A DNA stretch of 13,581 nucleotides. Origin: a bacterium (GTDB lineage: Bacteria; Arandabacterota; Arandabacteria; Arandabacterales; JALGWA01). The translations under genes were made by a program, and so were the position numbers. The stretch spans positions 1 to 13,581 of the forward strand of contig JASFEA010000086.1 in NCBI GenBank assembly GCA_050125095.1, written 5' to 3'. Shown piece by piece: positions 7,968-13,581 of the stretch. Positions within the stretch are counted from its first letter, which is position 1. The number at the start of each line of letters is the position of its first letter. The notes under the pieces were generated by a model. That model was given only the letters and a program-made list of their open reading frames with translations, did no database searches and was not told the origin of the DNA.

Positions 7968-8933
7968 CTAGTGGAGCTTGCGTACCATGGCTATGCTGCA
8001 CCGCCTGTAGCGCTTGGCTTCGTCCCCGGGGACCGGAGTGTGCTTGATCTTCTTGAATCCAAGCCTGCGGTAGAGCCTGCAAGCCTCCCTCAGTACCGGG
8101 CTCGTGTGAAGGTAAAGCTCCGTGGCTCCCATTTTCCTGGCGCGCTTCATTGCGGCCTCTGCAAGGGCGGTCCCTACCCCGCGGCCCCGGGCTTCCGGCC
8201 TGACTCCCATCTTTGCGAGCTCGAGCACGCCGTTCTCGTGCCTGATGAGTGCGCAGGTCCCCACCACCTCGCCGTCAAGCAGCGCGAAGAGTATCGCACC
8301 GCCCCTTTTCAGGATCCTGCGATTGGGGTCGCTCAGCACCTTGATGTCGCTCGGCTCCACGCTGAAGTACTTTTCCAACCACCCGATGTTGATGGCAATA
8401 AAGTGCTTTTTGTACGCGGGACGATAGCCCTCTATCTGGATGCGAGGCCTGGTCGGCAGGCCCAGTCTCCTGTTGACCCGGTTGAGCATGGAGTCTTCAT
8501 CCAGGGCCGCCTCGATCCGTGCGATGTCATCAAGAAGATCGACGCCGGCCTCCCTGAGGAGGGCGCGGTTGGCCAGCTTTATGTCCTTCCAGACCGGTTT
8601 CAGCTCCTTTATCAGTTGCTTGCCTTTTGGGGACAGGAACAGCAGTCTCCTGCGCTCGTCTTTGTCGTCCTTGCCCTGGGTTATCAGCCCTTTACCGAGA
8701 AGCTGCGCCGCTATCTGGTTGATTGCCGGATGAGACAGACCCAGCATCTTGGCAAGCTCGGTCACGGACATGGGGGAGTTCTGCCCCAGCGCGTAGAGAG
8801 TCGAGAAGAAGTTGGCTCTGAAGTCGATTCCCAGGTCCTCATACACCTGGGTGACGTCCTTCATTAGCCTTTCACTGAGTCTCTTGAGGCGCGTGGCAAG
8901 AGCCAGCTCCCTCAGGTCTGCGATGAAATCCAA
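7968..8933 (-). CDS. MarR-family HTH regulator / GNAT N-acetyltransferase fusion
   Basis: N-terminal LALATRLKRLSERL...SVTELAKMLGLSHPAINQ...DERRRLLFLS (MarR wHTH). C-terminal VGTCAL...ELAKMGVRPEARGRGVG...LYRRLGF (GNAT acetyl-CoA motif). Start likely TTG 8933 (GAGGGG upstream); ATG 8948 is the alternative. Confidence 0.92.
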   Translation of the reverse strand: MDFIADLRELALATRLKRLSERLMKDVTQVYEDLGIDFRANFFSTLYALGQNSPMSVTELAKMLGLSHPAINQIAAQLLGKGLITQGKDDKDERRRLLFLSPKGKQLIKELKPVWKDIKLANRALLREAGVDLLDDIARIEAALDEDSMLNRVNRRLGLPTRPRIQIEGYRPAYKKHFIAINIGWLEKYFSVEPSDIKVLSDPNRRILKRGGAILFALLDGEVVGTCALIRHENGVLELAKMGVRPEARGRGVGTALAEAAMKRARKMGATELYLHTSPVLREACRLYRRLGFKKIKHTPVPGDEAKRYRRCSIAMVRKLH

Positions 8934-9055
8934 GCGTGCCCCTCGCATGTTAGAGAACGATTCTAGCCCGATAGGCGCGGCAATTCCAGAGGAAATATAG
9001 ATGAAAGGGGGGACGCGGACGGGGCCGTCGGGGCCGGCCGAAGGGCCTGCCCATA

Positions 9056-9089
9056 TAGAAAACCGGGGCTCTCATGCGAGAGCCCCGGT
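9056..9089 (-). terminator. Intrinsic terminator of the 1080-aa gene
   Basis: Perfect 12-bp stem ACCGGGGCTCTC-gcat-GAGAGCCCCGGT (9089-9062), followed by TTTCT on minus, 20 nt after the stop. Confidence 0.85.
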
Positions 9090-9108
9090 CATGACCAGGT
9101 CCCGGAGA

Positions 9109-12100
9109 CTACCTTACAACGAGCATCTTCTTGGTGGCGGCGTATGAGCCTGCGTTCATCTTGTAGAAGTAAACGCCTGCAGATACCTTCTCGCCCTGGT
9201 TGTTTCTGGCGTCCCATGTCGCCGCATAGCGGCCGGGTTCCGCTCGCTCGTTGACCAGCGTCTTTACCAGCTGGCCCATGGCGTTGTAAACCTTGATGCT
9301 TACATCGCTCGCGCGGGCCACTTCATAACGCACCTCGGTCCCGGCTGCCACCGGGTTAGGCGTGTTCTGATGCAGCGCCCAGCTGAATGCCTGTTTCTCG
9401 GGGATATCCGTCGTTCCGCCCGTTCCGCTACCGGTTGAGGGCAGTCCGAATATGTCCTCGAGGACAGTCAGGAATAGATCAACCCTACCTTCGTAGTTGC
9501 CCGGAATGAAGCTGGGGCGCCCGAGAGGCGCCGCTCCGGTGCAGTACTGCTGGGTGTGGTTGATACTCGCGCACTGGTCGTAGTTTATGAGCACCGACTG
9601 TCCGGCGCCCTGGTACTCGACGTAGATACCCACGTCTGCCTGCGGTACGTCCGGATTGAGAACAGTCAGCAGCGGCTGCGCGACGTAACCGGAAGGAGGC
9701 GAGGTCTCCGTCTTGATCCAGCTCATGTCCTTAAGATAAGGACACTCGCGGTAGATGAGCAGCGTATCGAGGTCCAGCGCCGTCGGCGTGCCGAACACAT
9801 TGACTGACGGAACACCTTCGGCGTATATGTAAGGCTTGTTGAATGCCGACTGCACCTCGCTCAGGTAGTCGCAGCCCATGATACCGGTCAGGAATTCGCC
9901 GCCGAGCGAGTCCTCGCCGTTTCCTCCTTCGGATTCAGGCGTGGCGCTGTATGCGGTCCTGTCTCCAAGCAGCATGACCTTCCCGCCGCCGGCCAGATAG
10001 TTCCGCATCTCGACCTGCGCTTCCGCGTCGAACAGATTGCCGTCAAAGTACGGGCCCGTGTACCAGATCACCGCGTCGTAGTCGGTATTCCAGGTGCAGA
10101 GGTAGTGGATATGGAGACTGCTTCCGCCGCCCAGAATATCGAACTTGTCATAGCAGTAACCGGCGTCTATCAGGGTCTGCTCGTACATGTCTTCAACCGG
10201 CTCGATGTTGTCATCCGCGGCGAAACACGGAGCGTAGTTGTAGTTTCTCCTGCCGTAGCCATCGATCAGGAGGATCTTCACGCCCGTATACTCGTCGGGA
10301 TACATGGGGAGGATGGAGAACGTGAAGTAGTCCTCCCTCGTTCCCGTGTGGTCGGGATCCGTCGGATCGGCCTCGTTCGGGAAGTACTCCTCGTTGCTCA
10401 GATCGTCCGTGCAGAGCACATAGTACCAAACCTCTGTGCCAGGCTCCCACACCGACATGCTGAAGTCCGAGGGCACGAACGTGCCGTAATAATCGCCACC
10501 GATGTCCGGATCGAGCGGGTCGAAGGGCTGGTACTGGGTCATGGAAACGGTCACCCAGGTCGCGCCCTCGTCAATACTCCCTATCAGTTCCACCGCACTG
10601 ATGTAGTCCTTGTCGGTGACCTCTACATAGCACTGGTTATCCGCCCGGATGGGCACAGCGCCATCGTAGTAGTTGAGCGTATCATCGTCGTATACATCGA
10701 ACCCCGAATTGTGGGCACAGATGTTCATATCGATGAACGAATCGTGCAGCAGGTCCATGTTGCGGGCCGTGAACACGGAAGCGCTTCCATCGAAGAAACC
10801 GATGGAGACGTTGTCGATCAGGTTCTCTGTGCCCCCGTGCTTTCCGCGGCAGAAGTCGCCTACGCCCGACTGGTCCAGCATGTCGAAGCCGAACTGCATC
10901 GAGTCGTGGGACGTGCCGTAGAACGGGGTGATGTCCTCTTCGCGGTCGAAGTTCCAGAAGAAGCAACCGCCCGTCAGCACGAGATCGTCCAGGTTGATCC
11001 ACGGGCACCAGGTCTCGTTGTTTCTGTCATAGAACCTGACTCTGGTGTCCGTGTAGTCACATGTGATGTCCTTAGCACACATGTACTGGTCGTACTGGAT
11101 GACGCAGCCCGTCTGGACAAGCGGAATACTCGGGGTAACGAGCCTGTACAGCCATCCATTTCTCCATGGCGTACCCACAGGGTATCCGCCTTCCGGCCTC
11201 CCCCTGAAAACGACTGAGGAGTCGAGCGTACATGTGGTACGGTCTCCGCCGTCTCCGCCTTCATACGGCGGGTCGGGGTCGTGGACCATGTGCCACTGGT
11301 CGATAATTCCGTCAGGATTCGGGAAACTCCAGTAGGCGTCCAGCCCGCTCTCGAAATCCTGCGTGTACTCGTTGCCGATATCACCCCTGACTATGACATT
11401 GTCGACGAATGCGGCGCCGTCAGTCTGGCCCCTGCCGTCCATGTCGCTCCAGTTGGGATCCGAAACGAAGCGCCATCTGAATCTCGGCGCGCTCGTAATC
11501 GAATACTCGGCGGGGTCGATCTCGGCCACGAAAGCCGGCCAGGCCGGGTCGGACCGCTGCTGCCAGTTGCAATTCACCAGGTTGTTGACGTCGGTGTTGC
11601 CCCAGTAGTCGGGGTTCCCGAGACCGTTCGGATCACCGCACTGGCCGCCGGGGTTGTTACTTGTAGCATTGAAAGTAGCAAGCGTCTGCCACTGCGTCCC
11701 GTCGTGGAAATCGACATAGAAGTAGTCATACTTGCACTCCGTATCGTATCTCGGGTCGAAGTACAGAGTACAACCGTTGGCTATGTCGAAGTCTCCGGGC
11801 AGGTCGAGCTCGGCGACGCAATTCCACCTGTTGCCGTAGCCGATCTGATTGAGCCAGGTACCGCACTCAACCGGCTTGCCTTCCCACAGGCTGTCCGTAC
11901 CGCACCACAGCGCAGAGTCACCGCAGTAGGAGCGCTGATCGGTCCGGTATGAGTCCATGTGCCAGAAATTGATCCCGGTCTGGGAGGGAAGCGAAAAGAT
12001 GTCATAGTGCCAGAAGCACCTGGTGTCCCAGGGCGCGTTCGTGCCGCATGAGTCACCGTAAGGCCAGTTCTGTTCCCAGCACCATGTCTCGCTACCCGTA

Positions 12101-12351
12101 GGTCCACCTTCGGCCTCACCGCCGTGGCCACCAAGGGGGTCGCCAGGGCAGTATGAGTCGCTGGTATGGACCTGTATCCAGGTCGTATCTCCGGCCTGCA
12201 GGATAACAAACGGTGAGTTGGCTTGCAGTCGGCCGACTGCGTAATCAGGTGGCGGTAGGGCGCCCGGCTTATCTCTCATTGCGAAAGAAGCCGTAGCGAA
12301 GCAGCTAATCAGTATGCCCGCTGCCAACAGCACAGCCACTGAAAGCTTCAT
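9109..12351 (-). CDS. Large secreted multi-domain protein with C-terminal FlgD-Ig / T9SS type-A-like sorting domain, function unknown
   Basis: 1080-aa ORF with SD GGAGGTGA and signal peptide ...TASFA. C-terminus LHQNTPNP...IKVYNAMGQLVKTL...WDARNNQGEKVSAGVYFYKM...TKKMLVVR. Internal jelly-roll-like segments (YDTECKYDYFYVDF, RFRWRFVSD, FVDNV), an Ig-like segment and a class I glutamine-amidotransferase-like alpha/beta segment (ILLIDG...YDAVIWYTG...YLAGGGKVMLLG). Confidence 0.92.
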   Translation of the reverse strand: MKLSVAVLLAAGILISCFATASFAMRDKPGALPPPDYAVGRLQANSPFVILQAGDTTWIQVHTSDSYCPGDPLGGHGGEAEGGPTGSETWCWEQNWPYGDSCGTNAPWDTRCFWHYDIFSLPSQTGINFWHMDSYRTDQRSYCGDSALWCGTDSLWEGKPVECGTWLNQIGYGNRWNCVAELDLPGDFDIANGCTLYFDPRYDTECKYDYFYVDFHDGTQWQTLATFNATSNNPGGQCGDPNGLGNPDYWGNTDVNNLVNCNWQQRSDPAWPAFVAEIDPAEYSITSAPRFRWRFVSDPNWSDMDGRGQTDGAAFVDNVIVRGDIGNEYTQDFESGLDAYWSFPNPDGIIDQWHMVHDPDPPYEGGDGGDRTTCTLDSSVVFRGRPEGGYPVGTPWRNGWLYRLVTPSIPLVQTGCVIQYDQYMCAKDITCDYTDTRVRFYDRNNETWCPWINLDDLVLTGGCFFWNFDREEDITPFYGTSHDSMQFGFDMLDQSGVGDFCRGKHGGTENLIDNVSIGFFDGSASVFTARNMDLLHDSFIDMNICAHNSGFDVYDDDTLNYYDGAVPIRADNQCYVEVTDKDYISAVELIGSIDEGATWVTVSMTQYQPFDPLDPDIGGDYYGTFVPSDFSMSVWEPGTEVWYYVLCTDDLSNEEYFPNEADPTDPDHTGTREDYFTFSILPMYPDEYTGVKILLIDGYGRRNYNYAPCFAADDNIEPVEDMYEQTLIDAGYCYDKFDILGGGSSLHIHYLCTWNTDYDAVIWYTGPYFDGNLFDAEAQVEMRNYLAGGGKVMLLGDRTAYSATPESEGGNGEDSLGGEFLTGIMGCDYLSEVQSAFNKPYIYAEGVPSVNVFGTPTALDLDTLLIYRECPYLKDMSWIKTETSPPSGYVAQPLLTVLNPDVPQADVGIYVEYQGAGQSVLINYDQCASINHTQQYCTGAAPLGRPSFIPGNYEGRVDLFLTVLEDIFGLPSTGSGTGGTTDIPEKQAFSWALHQNTPNPVAAGTEVRYEVARASDVSIKVYNAMGQLVKTLVNERAEPGRYAATWDARNNQGEKVSAGVYFYKMNAGSYAATKKMLVVR

Positions 12352-12363
12352 AGTGTCACCTCC

Positions 12364-12410
12364 AAAATAACAGGCCCTTGCTCGTCAGGTTTTGACTCGC
12401 AACAGGCCTA
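12364..12410 (-). promoter_or_regulatory. Terminator-like hairpin in the 5' leader, immediately before the RBS
   Basis: Minus strand UAGGCCU-g-UUGC-GA-GUCA-aaacc-UGAC-GA-GCAA-GGGCCUG, then UUAUUUU, then GGAGG. Confidence 0.5.
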
Positions 12411-12502
12411 CAGGGGAAGCCTGATCATGAGTTGTCGGTTGTCGTCGGACAGGTAATTCCGGTTCCCCTCCGTGGCACGCGGGAAACTTATGACTAGCCG
12501 GC

Positions 12503-12514
12503 ATCACCTCCTTA
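12503..12514 (-). promoter_or_regulatory. Perfect Shine-Dalgarno sequence with no correctly spaced start codon
   Basis: TAAGGAGGTGAT, a 12-nt complement of the canonical 16S 3' tail, 152 nt upstream of ATG 12351. Confidence 0.5.
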
Positions 12515-12569
12515 CGCACGTGGATTTGGTAGTCTGCGCAATAAATCGCACTCAATCCCCTTCTTTCCA

Positions 12570-12580
12570 ACTATACCCAA
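12570..12580 (-). promoter_or_regulatory. Putative -10 element (TTGGGTATAGT) for the 1080-aa gene
   Basis: TATAGT at 12575-12570 on minus, identical to the 11-mer at 1561-1571. It would give a ~210-nt leader. Confidence 0.4.
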
Positions 12581-12597
12581 GTTCCCCGTATCCGCTA

Positions 12598-12672
12598 GGG
12601 GTCAAAATAAACGGGGGTCAGGTCTTGAAATGCACAGGGGTCAGACCCCGGGGTCAGGTCTTAAAATGCACA
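12598..12672. repeat. GGGGTCA(G) repeat cluster: two 23-bp direct repeats around a 13-bp palindrome
   Basis: GGGGTCAGGTCTT(G/A)AAATGCACA at 12614-12636 and 12650-12672 (22/23 identical). GGGGTC-A-GACCCC at 12637-12649. A further GGGGTCA at 12598-12604. Confidence 0.85.
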
Positions 12673-12756
12673 CTATCAGCGGATTAGGCCTACCCCAGTC
12701 TCCGCCGGGGCCTATTCGTATTTCCTTAGCAGTCCGTTCGTCTCGCTTACCGGAGC

Positions 12757-13581
12757 CTATTCATACTCCTTGAGGAGCCCGGTTCTCTCATTGAACTCCC
12801 GTATGCGTTCGTCCCACTCGCGGTAGGAATTGAGCCGGCTCTTCCAGTAGTCGCGGTCGTGCCACTGGGCATTGAGCTCCTCAACCGTCTTGCCTTGCTG
12901 CTCGATCCAGGTGAAGTATTTGAGGTTATGTATGCGCTTCCGCTCCCAGTAGGGGAGCTCCAGCATGTGGTCGATCGTCTGCCCCATGAGGCAGGCATCG
13001 AAGTCTGTCGCGGCGTCTATCTCGGAATACTCGCCGCGTTCCTTACGCATCTCCATAATCCGCGACTGGTATAGTTCCATCGAGTCCGTGGCGACGGTGA
13101 GAATGCAGTCGTTCTCGTTCATCTCATAGTAGCGGGCCATTTTTATGGCGCCGATCAGATTGGCCACCGACGATATGCCGAAGAGGTCCAATCGGTCGGC
13201 GATTCCCGCGGGCACGCCGGCTTCCTTCATATACCGCTTCCCCGCTTCCTCGTTGAAGAGCCGGATGAGCCTCACGCACTGCTCATCGTCGATGCCCGCC
13301 ACCATGTCCATGTTCCTTATGTTGTGAATCCAGGGCACATGCTTGTCTCCGATGCCCTCGATGCGGTGCTCGCCGTAACCGTTGTAGAGCAGGGTAGGGC
13401 ACTGCATGGCCTCGCCCGCGCATACTTTCACGCTCGGGTACTTCTCGCGGATATAGTCCGCGCATCCCAGCGTTCCCGCCGAGCCCTGGGTCAGGAAGAT
13501 GGCCGAGAATCTGTCGGAGGGCTTCATCTCTTTGGCGAAGACCTCCTCCATGGCCGGCCCTGTCACCGCGTAGTGCCATAT
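12757..13581 (-). CDS. PLP-dependent fold-type-II enzyme (cysteine synthase / Trp synthase beta-like family), C-terminal part only
   Basis: Frame stays open past the track's start to the right edge (IWHYAVTGPAMEEV...). Phosphate-binding loop QGSAGTLG, HRIEGIGDKHVPW, FGISSVAN and TVATDS match cysteine-synthase-like motifs, followed by a long C-terminal extension. Confidence 0.88.
   Translation of the reverse strand: MWHYAVTGPAMEEVFAKEMKPSDRFSAIFLTQGSAGTLGCADYIREKYPSVKVCAGEAMQCPTLLYNGYGEHRIEGIGDKHVPWIHNIRNMDMVAGIDDEQCVRLIRLFNEEAGKRYMKEAGVPAGIADRLDLFGISSVANLIGAIKMARYYEMNENDCILTVATDSMELYQSRIMEMRKERGEYSEIDAATDFDACLMGQTIDHMLELPYWERKRIHNLKYFTWIEQQGKTVEELNAQWHDRDYWKSRLNSYREWDERIREFNERTGLLKEYE

Noticed and set aside
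5810..11952. Antisense ORFs 5810..6391, 6776..7705, 7866..8867, 10105..11217 and 11281..11952
   Set aside because: Shadows of the GH13/PPIase, aminotransferase, MarR-GNAT and 1080-aa genes.
12502..12514. 16S rRNA 3' end remnant (ATCACCTCCTTA on plus strand)
   Set aside because: Upstream sequence does not resemble the conserved 16S terminal helix. Better explained as an SD on the minus strand.
12352..12570. Known riboswitch (c-di-GMP-I/II, SAM, TPP, cobalamin)
   Set aside because: I could not find the diagnostic conserved segments by eye. An Rfam scan is needed to exclude this formally.
12614..12672. Possible CRISPR mini-array
   Set aside because: Only two repeats. The 13-nt 'spacer' is too short and is itself built from the repeat motif. 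No cas genes in the window.
12685..12714. Terminator after the PLP enzyme gene
   Set aside because: Only an interrupted TAGG..CCCC/GGGG..CCTA stem with a large loop and no U-tract.

Overview
GC-rich bacterial window, probably from an uncultured FCB-superphylum lineage (inference from the FlgD/T9SS-type C-terminal domain protein). It holds eight protein genes. (1) A membrane-fused spermidine-synthase-like SAM-binding protein on the minus strand, running off the left edge and missed by the ORF track. (2) A serine hydrolase (beta-lactamase family) with duplicated TPR modules. (3) A divergently transcribed secreted GH13 neopullulanase-like enzyme with an N-terminal CBM48-like module. (4) A cyclophilin lipoprotein. 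(5) A class I/II PLP aminotransferase. (6) A MarR-GNAT fusion. (7) A 1080-aa Cys/Asp-rich multi-domain secreted protein with a FlgD-Ig/T9SS-like sorting domain. (8) The C-terminal part of a fold-type-II PLP enzyme at the right edge. No rRNA, tRNA, CRISPR array or transposase was seen. Four features stand out: a ~107-aa acidic/Pro-rich insertion inside the SAM-binding domain of gene 1; a predicted extracytoplasmic location for that domain; a long structured leader in front of the 1080-aa gene, with a perfect but start-less Shine-Dalgarno and a terminator-like hairpin abutting the real RBS; and an adjacent GGGGTCAG repeat cluster. These are candidates from reading the sequence only. No database search was run, so novelty is unproven.
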